The translations under genes were made by a program, and so were the position numbers. Positions 17,671 to 26,286 of a DNA stretch of 64,000 bases are shown here, in pieces. Source of the DNA: an uncultured Dehalococcoidia bacterium (GTDB taxonomy: Bacteria > Chloroflexota > Dehalococcoidia > Lucifugimonadales > CAZENU01); contig CAZENU010000002.1 of the NCBI GenBank assembly GCA_964513735.1, positions 24,173-88,172 on the forward strand, written 5' to 3'. The notes under the pieces were generated by a model. It ran no database searches and was not told where the DNA came from. It saw only the letters and a list, made by a program, of their open reading frames with translations. The stretch's first letter is position 1; each line of letters begins with the position of its first letter.

Positions 17671-17734
17671 AAACGGGATCACGGGATGCTCGAAACGGGT
17701 TTTCATCACCCCGTTAGTCAACACGCGCTGGACA

Positions 17735-19333
17735 ATGGCGGCAAGCATGGATGGCGAAGCCGACGACCGGACACCGGGCCCGCTCGGCCGAGTCAAAGTG
17801 GCCCTCGGCCTGCTGTTGGGGCTGCGGCCACACGACCTCGGAGCCGCCCGGACCTTCGTGGCGACAGCTTACCCGTCCGTCAGCACGCCCGTCGCACTCC
17901 TCAGGTTCGCCGGATGGGTCGCCGGACAGGCATTCGGCACAATCCCCAATGCCCTGACGACCGTCTCCTTCGCCCGCCACGTGTCGCGCATTTCAGTCTG
18001 GCTAGCGTCGGAGAACCCCGTCGCCAACCACCCCTGGGCGACCCGCCCAGACGCCGAGCTGCCGCGGCAGGTGGAGGTCGCCGTCATCGGCGCTGGGTTC
18101 ACCGGGTCGGCGTGCGCCTACCACTGGTCGAAGCACGGCGGCGGACCGATGGCGGTCCTGGAAATGAACGAGGCCGCCTCGGGCGCCAGCGGCCGCAACG
18201 AGGGCCTTGTTGTCATGGGCCGCTTCTTCGCCTATGTGAAGCGGACCATGCGCCAGGACCTTGACCGCATCCGCGACGACCTCAGCCCGGACCAGCGCGA
18301 CCTGCTGTCATCTCGATTTGCCGACGCCTACGTCCGCAGCGCATACAGGAATTCCGACCTGATCGAGGCCACGGTCCGGGACGAGGGTTTCCAATGTGAC
18401 TACACGCGGGAGGGCTGGATTCAGGCCGGTGATGGGGCGGCCCAGGGCGACCTACGGGAGTCGGTCCGGCTCGGTGAGGAGGCCGGTTTCGACGACTGGA
18501 CGTCGCTGGAGCCCGCGGAGGTGCTCGAGCGCGGCGGGATGGCCGTCGACCACCCGGCCGGGTTCTCCCGGCGCACCGCGTCGTGGCACCCGGCGAGGTG
18601 GGTCTGGTCGCTGCTACACGTCGCCCTGCGATCGGACAACGTGGAGCTGTTCACCAACACCAGGGTGCTAGGCATCGACGACCTTGGCGACCACTACCTC
18701 GTCCGTACGGAGCGTGGCGATGTCCGGGCGACCTACGTGGTCAACGCCACCGAGTCCTACAGCGCCATTCTGCAGCCGCGGCTGCGGAACGTGCTCCACG
18801 CGGTCCAGACTCAGGCCGCCTTCGCGGACGGTGGCCCTGCGTCCATGAAGGCCGGCGTCGGGCTCGGCGGCGGCAACGGCTGGTTCGGACGCGTCGCCAA
18901 CGGCACCATCTTCGGGTCGGACGCCACGCGGGTCTCGTATAAGAAGGCCGGGCGCAACCGCCCATCCAGGTTCGTCACCAGGTTCCTTGTCGGAGAGATG
19001 AGACGCTACTTCGGGCCCGGCAACATGAGGGTGACCCGCGAGTGGAGCTGTACCGCGGGCTTCACCGACGACGAGTACCCAATCGTCGGCCTGCTGGACG
19101 GCAAGCGGCAGTACATCGTCGCCGGCATGTGCGGGTCGGGCTCGGCGGTGCACTTCAACGGCGCGCGCCACGTCGTGCAGCATATACTGGGGCTGGACGG
19201 CCCCGACGACTACCCCGCCGAGTTCTTCTCACCCACCCGCGTGCTCGACCCGAACAACCACACGTGGCCGAGCGTCGACGCGCAGCCGACCGCGTCGGCG
19301 GACCCGCACGACAGTCGTTCTGTTCCTCTATAA
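17735..19333 (+). CDS. FAD-dependent oxidoreductase (DAO family) with an about 120-aa N-terminal extension
   Basis: Dinucleotide-binding motif VAVIGAGFTGSACAY plus GASGRNEG. The start at ATG 17735 is chosen to avoid the repeat-derived ORF head, so it is uncertain. Confidence 0.8.
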   Translation: MAASMDGEADDRTPGPLGRVKVALGLLLGLRPHDLGAARTFVATAYPSVSTPVALLRFAGWVAGQAFGTIPNALTTVSFARHVSRISVWLASENPVANHPWATRPDAELPRQVEVAVIGAGFTGSACAYHWSKHGGGPMAVLEMNEAASGASGRNEGLVVMGRFFAYVKRTMRQDLDRIRDDLSPDQRDLLSSRFADAYVRSAYRNSDLIEATVRDEGFQCDYTREGWIQAGDGAAQGDLRESVRLGEEAGFDDWTSLEPAEVLERGGMAVDHPAGFSRRTASWHPARWVWSLLHVALRSDNVELFTNTRVLGIDDLGDHYLVRTERGDVRATYVVNATESYSAILQPRLRNVLHAVQTQAAFADGGPASMKAGVGLGGGNGWFGRVANGTIFGSDATRVSYKKAGRNRPSRFVTRFLVGEMRRYFGPGNMRVTREWSCTAGFTDDEYPIVGLLDGKRQYIVAGMCGSGSAVHFNGARHVVQHILGLDGPDDYPAEFFSPTRVLDPNNHTWPSVDAQPTASADPHDSRSVPL

Positions 19334-19351
19334 CTATAACGACACTGCCGG

Positions 19352-19522
19352 TCAGTCGCCCAGACGGACCAGCGCCTTGACCAGCCTGCGGTCTGCCACG
19401 GCGTCCAGCGCGCCCCGGCGCAGTAGCGCGACCACCTCGTCGTGGACCTCGCCTTCGTCGTAGCCACCGGAGTAGTAGGTGAAGGCCCCGGCCGCGCGGT
19501 TGGGGTCGACGGTGACGGCCAT
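19352..19522 (-). CDS. small hypothetical protein (56 aa)
   Basis: The ORF tail from ATG 19522 (MAVTVDPNRAAGAFTYYSGGYDEGEVHDEVVALLRRG...) has no recognisable family. Confidence 0.3.
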   Translation of the reverse strand: MAVTVDPNRAAGAFTYYSGGYDEGEVHDEVVALLRRGALDAVADRRLVKALVRLGD

Positions 19523-19661
19523 GGGTCGCAAGCTACGTTGGAGGCAACCGGCGGTGCGCTGGTCGCTAGTTACACGTAGGATGATGTGTGCCGATGGTAC
19601 CCTCGCTGTACACCCGGTCAAACAGCTTTGTGAGAATGCGGTTGGTGGGCGTGGCTTGCCG

Positions 19662-20606
19662 CTAGTACCCCTTGTGTTTGTCGATTACGCTGAGCATGGG
19701 CCGGCCGTCAATGAACCGCCGGAGGTTGTCGCAGAACAGGCCGACCAGCCTGCCGTTGCGGTTTGGAGACCCGCCTGCGGTATGGGGCGTCACGATCACG
19801 TTGTCCATGCTCCAGAGCGGGTGGTCCAGCGGCAGCGGCTCCCGGGGTGTGACGTCCAGGCCCGCACCGCCGATGATACCGCCCTCCAGCGCCTCCATTA
19901 GCGCTGCCTCGTCGACGATACGGCCCCGTGTCACGTTGATCAGCAGCGCGTGATCGGGCATTGAGGCGAAGGCAGCCCGGTCGAACATGCCCTCGGTCTC
20001 GTGCGTGAGGGGCGCACAGACCCCGACCACGTCGGACTGGGGCAGAAGATCGTGGAAGCGGTCCATCTTCCAGCAGGACTCGACGTGTTCGGGCAGATCC
20101 ACGTCCTCCGGATCGACGGCGATGACCCTCATGCCGAACCCGCTCGCCAGCCGGGCCAGGTGGCGGCCGGTGCCTCCCAGACCAACGATGCCCATGGTCC
20201 GGCCGATTAGCTCCCACGACGCGTTGCGGATGGGTATGCGCTGATCCCAGCCATGCCTGCGGACGGCCCACGCGATGCCTCTGGTGAGCCCCAGCAGCAG
20301 CGCCATGGCGTGCTCGGCCAGGTGGACGCCCACGGTCCCCTTGGCGCTTGTCAGCAAGACGTCGCTCGCGACGAACTCAGGGAACAGAGAGCCGTCGGCG
20401 CCGGCGCCACCGGTCTGGACCCAGCGGAGCCGGTCGCCGCGCTTCAACATCTCAGGCGTAACGCCACCGAGCACGACGTCGACCTCGGGCATCGCCTCCA
20501 GGGCCTCGCCCGCGGAGTCGAGATCCAAAAGCCTGACGTCGTCCGACACGGCTCGGATTCGCTCGCGCTCTTCGTCTCCTAGCTCGACATTCAGCAGGAT
20601 GTTCAT
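19662..20606 (-). CDS. D-isomer-specific 2-hydroxyacid dehydrogenase, NAD-binding
   Basis: 314 aa from ATG 20606 (MNILLNV...). The Rossmann motif is GIVGLGGTGRHLARL and the catalytic region is TPHTAG. Confidence 0.85.
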   Translation of the reverse strand: MNILLNVELGDEERERIRAVSDDVRLLDLDSAGEALEAMPEVDVVLGGVTPEMLKRGDRLRWVQTGGAGADGSLFPEFVASDVLLTSAKGTVGVHLAEHAMALLLGLTRGIAWAVRRHGWDQRIPIRNASWELIGRTMGIVGLGGTGRHLARLASGFGMRVIAVDPEDVDLPEHVESCWKMDRFHDLLPQSDVVGVCAPLTHETEGMFDRAAFASMPDHALLINVTRGRIVDEAALMEALEGGIIGGAGLDVTPREPLPLDHPLWSMDNVIVTPHTAGGSPNRNGRLVGLFCDNLRRFIDGRPMLSVIDKHKGY

Positions 20607-20718
20607 GGACAGTCCCCCGGTTCGGCCCGGTCCCCTCATAGCGCTGGTCCGGCCGATTGTACTCGCAGTCCGGCGAGCGGGCACGTCTCCTGTGTTGACC
20701 GGGCCTCCGATACGATGC

Positions 20719-21534
20719 CTAGAGGCGCAGGTCCCGTCGCTGGAAGGCCCGGTAGCCGATGCCGACCAGCACGGCCACGGCGGCCGCCAGCACGGCGGCG
20801 TGTGCCGGGTTGAGGCCGTTGGCCAGGACGTTGGCGTCGTTGTAGTAGTAGAACGGCGACACCCACTTGGCCGGGTCTATGGAATCGGCAATCTCTCCCA
20901 AAGCGGTCGCCACGAAGGTCGACACGGCGGCCGCTGAGCTGACGCCGAGTGCGAGACCGCGGTTGCCGGTAATGCAGCCGATGGCCAGCGCCAGACCGCC
21001 GAAAGTCAGGCCCAGCAGCATGACCGTCAGCACCGCTTCGGCGAAGCGCACCGGGCCTATGTCCATGTCCACCGCCACCGCGCCGACAACCATCGCAACC
21101 CACAGCACGATGCCCAGGACGACGGTGGCGGCGATCATGGCGCCGGACTTCTCCAGGACGACGCGGCCTCGGTCCACCGGCTCTGCCAGGAGTATTTCCA
21201 TGGTCGCGCGGCCCTCCTCACCCGCGATTGCGCCGCTGCCGAGGCCGACCGCGAAAACGATGAACAGCAGCGGCACCATGAAGCCGAACAGCTCGACGTT
21301 CAGGAACCCGGCTGCCGAGGTTATGTTCTCCAGGTCCGAGGCCCCGAACAGCGCCATCAGGCCTTCAGGGTAGGCCTTCATCAGCTCCTCGATGTCGGCG
21401 TTGTCGCGAATGCTCGGAAAGAAAGCGATGATCGACGCGGTCAGCAGGACGAGGCCCAGCGACCACCACCCCAGGCTTCGCCTCTGGTCGCGCAGGGACT
21501 TGGCGAACACGCTACCCAGCATCGTCGTCCTCAT
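20719..21534 (-). CDS. ABC-2 type transporter permease
   Basis: 271 aa with about 6 TM segments. It overlaps the 3' end of the upstream ATPase gene by 23 nt. Confidence 0.75.
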   Translation of the reverse strand: MRTTMLGSVFAKSLRDQRRSLGWWSLGLVLLTASIIAFFPSIRDNADIEELMKAYPEGLMALFGASDLENITSAAGFLNVELFGFMVPLLFIVFAVGLGSGAIAGEEGRATMEILLAEPVDRGRVVLEKSGAMIAATVVLGIVLWVAMVVGAVAVDMDIGPVRFAEAVLTVMLLGLTFGGLALAIGCITGNRGLALGVSSAAAVSTFVATALGEIADSIDPAKWVSPFYYYNDANVLANGLNPAHAAVLAAAVAVLVGIGYRAFQRRDLRL

Positions 21535-22423
21535 GGTCCCCGTAGTGGGCCAGGAATATCTCCTCCAGACTCGGCTCGGTCGTCGTCAGATTGACGACCG
21601 TGTAGCGCGCCGCTGTCTTGACAAGCTGGTCCAGCGCCCCGGACACGTCACAGTTGAGCACCCCGTCCGCCACGACCACGTTGCTGACGCCCTCCAGCCC
21701 TGCGAAGGCCTCGGGCGGTACCGGGCCCGCGAACTGTAGCTCGAGGCTGCGAAAGGCCCGCGACTTGAGGGCGGCGATCTCCTCGACCGCCACCAGACGC
21801 CCCGAGCGGATAATGGCGACGCGGTCGCACACCTGCTCCACGTCGGGCAGGATGTGCGACGAGAGAAACACGGTGGACCCGGCTGCGCTGGCCTCGCGTA
21901 TTAGCTGCTCAAACACCTCCTGCATGAGCGGGTCGAGCCCGCTGGTGGGCTCGTCCAGTATTAGCACTTCTGGTTCGTGCATAAGTGCGCGAATGATGGC
22001 CAGCTTCTGCCGGTTGCCCCGCGACAGGGTGCCAATACGACGGGTCAGGTCGCTCTCCAGACGTTCCGTCAGGACGACGATCCGTCCCCAGTCGACTCCG
22101 CCGCGCACGCTGGCGAGGTATCGCAGGAGCTCTTCGCCCCTCAGGTTCGGATAGAGGGCGGGATCGGCGGGGACGTAGCCTACTCGCCGCCGAACCTCTA
22201 TCGAGTCCTTCCAAGCGTCCTTTCCCAGGACCGTTGCGGTCCCTCGGGTGGGGCGGATCAGGTCCAGGAGCATCCTGATCGTGGTCGTCTTGCCTGCGCC
22301 GTTCGGCCCCAGATAGCCGAAGACCTCGCCGGCCTTGACCTCCAGGTCGAGGTCCTCCACGCCGCGCTGCTGGCCGTAGAACTTGGTCAGCCCCTCGAAC
22401 CGTATCGCCGTGTCCGCCGTCAT
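21512..22423 (-). CDS. ABC transporter ATP-binding protein
   Basis: Walker A GPNGAGKTT, signature LSRGNRQKL, Walker B LILDEPTSGLD. The ATG at 22423 follows a CAGGAGGGAAAG Shine-Dalgarno. Confidence 0.9.
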   Translation of the reverse strand: MTADTAIRFEGLTKFYGQQRGVEDLDLEVKAGEVFGYLGPNGAGKTTTIRMLLDLIRPTRGTATVLGKDAWKDSIEVRRRVGYVPADPALYPNLRGEELLRYLASVRGGVDWGRIVVLTERLESDLTRRIGTLSRGNRQKLAIIRALMHEPEVLILDEPTSGLDPLMQEVFEQLIREASAAGSTVFLSSHILPDVEQVCDRVAIIRSGRLVAVEEIAALKSRAFRSLELQFAGPVPPEAFAGLEGVSNVVVADGVLNCDVSGALDQLVKTAARYTVVNLTTTEPSLEEIFLAHYGDHEDDDAG

Positions 22424-22551
22424 AGCCGTCTGCTTTCCCTCCTGCCCGATGCGTCCCACCCCACCTGGTTGCCTAACAGCATAGCCGTCGACGGCGCTTC
22501 GGTCCATCAACGAGTCCAACGCACGCTTCAAGAACCCGTGGCCTTCCGTCG

Positions 22552-23088
22552 CTAAGGTGTGTCGAAGAAGGCCACGAGCGTGGCGGGGGTGACTCTCCTC
22601 AGCCTTAGAGTGGCTCCGCCGCCGGTGGTGAGCTCGATGAAGAACTCCTGGGAGCTCCCTAGGCGAGGGCTGAGGCTGGTGGGGTCAACGGCGATCTTGG
22701 CGCGCTCGCCCGGGTTGACCAGCGAGCCGAAACCGATCAGCCAGGTTGCCGTCCACTCGTTGGGAGCGAGGCGCTTGATCTGGTGTTCGTCGATATAGGT
22801 GAGTCCGGACTGGTCGGGAGAGAGGCTCACGCCGTAGGTGCCTTTCGTGGCGTTGACGATCTGAACTTTATGGTGTCGGCGGTGCTCGTGTCGGCGGTGC
22901 TCGTGTCGCTGCTGCCCCCTATCATCGTGCCGCTCTGAAACAGCGTGGCCGAGCTGGCCCTCGGGCCAGTGGACCCAGGCGACGCTGCTCTCGTCCTCCA
23001 TGAAGGTCATGGCGGAGAACGTCAGGAACAGGCCGGTGAACACGATTAGGAAGCCGGCGAAGCTGGGGTCGAAGGCCAGCTCGCTCAC
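22552..23088 (-). CDS. membrane-anchored protein with an archaellin/FlaG-like C-terminal domain (tentative)
   Basis: 178 aa with one N-terminal hydrophobic helix (FAGFLIVFTGLFLTFSAMTF) and a His/Arg-rich linker. The C-terminal pattern is LVNPGERAKIAVDP...FFIELTTGGGATLRLRRVTP. It is the first gene of the ABC-2 operon. Confidence 0.5.
   Translation of the reverse strand: MSELAFDPSFAGFLIVFTGLFLTFSAMTFMEDESSVAWVHWPEGQLGHAVSERHDDRGQQRHEHRRHEHRRHHKVQIVNATKGTYGVSLSPDQSGLTYIDEHQIKRLAPNEWTATWLIGFGSLVNPGERAKIAVDPTSLSPRLGSSQEFFIELTTGGGATLRLRRVTPATLVAFFDTP
22873..22909. repeat. 15-bp tandem duplication (2.5 copies) inside a CDS
   Basis: gtgtcggcggtgctc occurs twice, followed by gtgtcgc. It encodes HEHRRHEHRRH on the minus strand. 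Confidence 0.9.
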
Positions 23089-23336
23089 GAAGAAGAGGGC
23101 CAGGCCGCTTCTCCTGCGACCGGGGCAGCGTGAAGACCCGTCTGTCTTTACACCTCACAGCGGTTTCCGCTATCCCCCTTCCTAACCTTCTTCTCCCTTC
23201 CCACCGCTCGGCCCGGCCTTGTTGACCCGTACAACGGCCTGCGGCGGCGCCATATCCGTCGCCCTCAGAGCCGTGTATCCTTTGGTCGCCTGACCGTTTC
23301 GGCCGTTACTCAGCTTGAGTCGTACCGGAGGCGACG

Positions 23337-24467
23337 ATGAGAATTACCGACGTCAAGGTGTCCGTCTTCGAGATAGAGCGGGGGCAGCGGATTTTCGACC
23401 TGGTGCTTCTGCCCGGGATGGGGAGGGACCGCTGGGTCCACGACAACGCGACTCATCAGCAGGGCCACCTACAGGTGATGCAGGTCACCACCGACGAGGG
23501 CGTAGAGGGGCTCTGCGAGGTGCCGCCGTTCCCCGGGCCAATGTCCGAACAGTCCCTGAAACAGCTCCGGCACCTTGTCGTCGGCGAGAACCCGCTTGAC
23601 AGGGAGAGGCTATACCAGAAGCTCCATGCCGGCACGCGATGGGTCTACTACCATCAGGGGTGGGCCGGCACCTTCGACAACTGCCTCTGGGACATCGTAG
23701 GCAAGGCAGCTGAGCTGCCGGTCCACGCCATCATCGGGCGGGTACGCGACTCGGCCCCCGTATACATGAACATAGGCGGCGACACCAAGGACCTGGCCGC
23801 CGAGGACGCTGCCCGGGCAGTCGCGGCCGGGTATCCGGCCGTCAAAGACCATTTCTACCACTCCGTGGCCGAGAACATCCGGTGGTTCCAGGCGATCCGG
23901 GAGGCCGTAGGGCCCAACGTCGACCTCATGCACGACCCCGTCGCGATCTACTCGCTGGAGCAGGCTGTCCGCGTGGGCCACGCCCTGGAGGAGCTGGACT
24001 ACAGGTGGCTGGAGGAGCCGCTGCCGGAGCGGCACCACTTCAGGATGAAGGCGCTCTGTGACGCGCTGGACATCCCTGTCCTGGCTCCGGAGACGATGAT
24101 GAACGACGTAGACCTGTCGGCCCAGTGGCTGATCTCCGGGGCCACCGACATGCTCCGCGCCAACGCCAGGCACGGCACCACGCCGGTCTTAAAGCTGGCC
24201 CACCTGGCGGAGCTGCACGGCACTTCCATCGAGCTCAACGGCACCGGCGGCCTCGGCGGTCTGGTGCACGCCCATCTCCTGGCCAGCATCTCCAACACGA
24301 CCTACTACGAGTACTTCGGTGGAGCTCACGAGCAGGCGAGCAGGGAGATCGGGATGACGAATCCGATAGTGCCGCAAGGAGGGAGGATCGCGCCGCCGGA
24401 TGGGCCGGGCTGGGGTGCGGAGTGGGACCTGGACTACTTCGAAGCGAAAAGGGCCGCCGAGATCTAG
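23337..24467 (+). CDS. enolase-superfamily enzyme (mandelate racemase-like)
   Basis: 376 aa (MRITDVKVSVFEI...) with the pattern VDLMHDP, WLEEP and a barrel domain. Confidence 0.85.
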   Translation: MRITDVKVSVFEIERGQRIFDLVLLPGMGRDRWVHDNATHQQGHLQVMQVTTDEGVEGLCEVPPFPGPMSEQSLKQLRHLVVGENPLDRERLYQKLHAGTRWVYYHQGWAGTFDNCLWDIVGKAAELPVHAIIGRVRDSAPVYMNIGGDTKDLAAEDAARAVAAGYPAVKDHFYHSVAENIRWFQAIREAVGPNVDLMHDPVAIYSLEQAVRVGHALEELDYRWLEEPLPERHHFRMKALCDALDIPVLAPETMMNDVDLSAQWLISGATDMLRANARHGTTPVLKLAHLAELHGTSIELNGTGGLGGLVHAHLLASISNTTYYEYFGGAHEQASREIGMTNPIVPQGGRIAPPDGPGWGAEWDLDYFEAKRAAEI

Positions 24468-24476
24468 CCTCGGGGG

Positions 24477-24848
24477 CTAGCCGATGGCGGTCGGGACGGT
24501 ACGGCCGGTCCCCGAGCCCTTCGACTCAGCCCTCGACACGTACTCGAACACGAAGCTCACCGGACGCGGTGCCACCGACACCGCGTCTCCGTCGCTCAGC
24601 ACGTGCGGCGTGAGACCGATGTGCTCGTGGTTCACGAACGTGCCATTGGTGGAGTCGAGGTCCCGGAGCACGAAGCCGGCTTCGGTCTTCTCGAGCACGG
24701 CATGGAACCGCGAAACGCCAACGTCGCGTAGGACCACGTCGTTGGCCTTGAGGCGCCCGAACGTAACGCGGCTTCCCGTGAGGAGTATCGTGGTCCCGTC
24801 GCCAGGACCCCCGTAGACCTTCAGCCTGGCAACGCCGTTCTGCGCCAT
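24477..24848 (-). CDS. FHA-domain protein
   Basis: 123 aa from ATG 24848. FHA core: VTFGRLKANDVVLRDVGVSRFHAVLEKTEAGFVLRDLDSTNGTFVN. Confidence 0.8.
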   Translation of the reverse strand: MAQNGVARLKVYGGPGDGTTILLTGSRVTFGRLKANDVVLRDVGVSRFHAVLEKTEAGFVLRDLDSTNGTFVNHEHIGLTPHVLSDGDAVSVAPRPVSFVFEYVSRAESKGSGTGRTVPTAIG

Positions 24849-25032
24849 ACCCTCGCCCACGCTACTCGGTCTGGGCCGTTGGCAGGGGGCACGGGCGGCA
24901 ACGTTCCATGGTCGGAACGGCCGTGCTCCCGTGTCCCTCCTCGTTTCAGGGTAGTGGCAGCCACTGGCGGGAAACAGGCTGCCAACACCCATGTCGATAA
25001 GGGGCCTCACCCCGAACCGCGTCCCTGTGCTC

Positions 25033-25350
25033 CTAGGCGACGCGGTCCTGCCAGAGTCCCATGACCTCTCTTATGTCCTCCATGAGCTCTCCGAGCGCGG
25101 CGTCGTCCACGGCGCCGCCGAGCGTCTTCACGTTAGCGTCGCCTTTGGCGACCTCTTCCGCGAAGATATCCATCAGATCGAGATCGTCGTCGTCCAGCCC
25201 TCCGTCCGCCAGAGGGTCCTCGTCTTCGGCCCCGTCGTCATCGAGCGCAGACACATCCACCCGCGCCTCTGCCACAGCCAGTGCGCCTGCCTCCTGAAGA
25301 ACGTCTTCGTCCGATTCGTCGCGAGACAAGATCTTGGAAAGGAACCCCAT
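25033..25350 (-). CDS. hypothetical highly acidic protein
   Basis: 105 aa. The N-terminus MGFLSKILSR looks amphipathic and the rest is very Asp/Glu-rich. It lies directly upstream of the FHA gene. Confidence 0.45.
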   Translation of the reverse strand: MGFLSKILSRDESDEDVLQEAGALAVAEARVDVSALDDDGAEDEDPLADGGLDDDDLDLMDIFAEEVAKGDANVKTLGGAVDDAALGELMEDIREVMGLWQDRVA

Positions 25351-25352
25351 AT

Positions 25353-25861
25353 TTGTTCGTTGTCCTGGGCTCGGCGCTCACCGTAGTGCCCGCGGCTGGC
25401 CTCTACCAGCTCCTGCGCCCGGCCGGCAGCACGACGCCCATCGCGCTGGCCGCCTTCGTTACCGGCTCGCTGTTCGTATTCGTCCACAGCCTCATAGAGC
25501 TGGGCCTGGGCTACGAGCTCATACCGGAGTACGCCAACGCCGCCGAAGAGGCACGACCCGCGCTCGAGGTCGTGGTCGGGACGCTCCACGTCACGGGGGT
25601 GTTCGCATTGGTGGTGGGAAACCTGTTCGCCTTCGGCGTGGATATCGCGCTCTTCGCCTTCGCGAGCATCAGGAGCGCCACGCCGCTGGCGTGGCTGGGG
25701 CTCGCCGCCGCGGCCCTGGCCGGCTGGGTCGGCGCCATGGAGTCCGTATCGGTGGTTTCGAGGTGCTCGCCCTCGCCGGGTCGCTGGCCGTGCTGGCGTG
25801 GCTGGCCCTGATGGGCATCGTGATGATGAGAAATGGCGAGCCGCAGGCGCCGGCCGCCTAG
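25353..25861 (+). pseudogene. multi-TM membrane protein (DUF4386-like, tentative) with a frameshift near a T3 run
   Basis: Frame of 25281 carries TM-like sequence up to ...LAGWVGAMES. The frame of 25334 then continues TM-like (FEVLALAGSLAVLAWLALMGIVMM). The switch is near ggtggtttcg at 25751-25760. The start is uncertain. Confidence 0.4.
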
Positions 25862-25980
25862 CGGAGCTCTTCCGGCAGATCTATCTCGAACCGCTCTGCC
25901 GTCGACCTGACTGTACAAGTGCAGTGTCAGGCGATCCAAGGTCTTTCGGTTTTCAGGGCTTCGCCGAGGTCCGCTTGGCG

Positions 25981-26010
25981 CGTTGGTAGGGGCGGGTTTC
26001 AAATCCGCAC
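25981..26010 (+). repeat. dispersed repeat family 2 copy
   Basis: Reads cgttggtaggggcgggtttcaaatccgcac. Confidence 0.6.
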
Positions 26011-26127
26011 TTGCGGTACCGGGGCGGCGAGCGTTCATGACCACAACCGCCAAAGGCATCTCCATCTGCACGGCCCTGATGCCGCATCGGAGCACAACGC
26101 TGTTCACCATCTACGGAGGCCCCTCAG

Positions 26128-26184
26128 CCGTTCGCCCTGAGTAGCCGCCGAGGGCGCCGTGTCGAAGCAAGCCCGTCGAGGGGG
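26128..26184 (+). repeat. dispersed repeat family 1 copy (extended)
   Basis: Reads ccgttcgccctgagtagccgccgagggcgccgtgtcgaagcaagcccgtcgaggggg. Confidence 0.65.
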
Positions 26185-26286
26185 AACCTCCCGTACGTCA
26201 ACAATCGCAAGACTCTGTCCGGCGACCACGGGCAGCGTGGGGTTACAATATGCTGCACCACGTTACGCAGCGGCAGCGGGAGTGCC

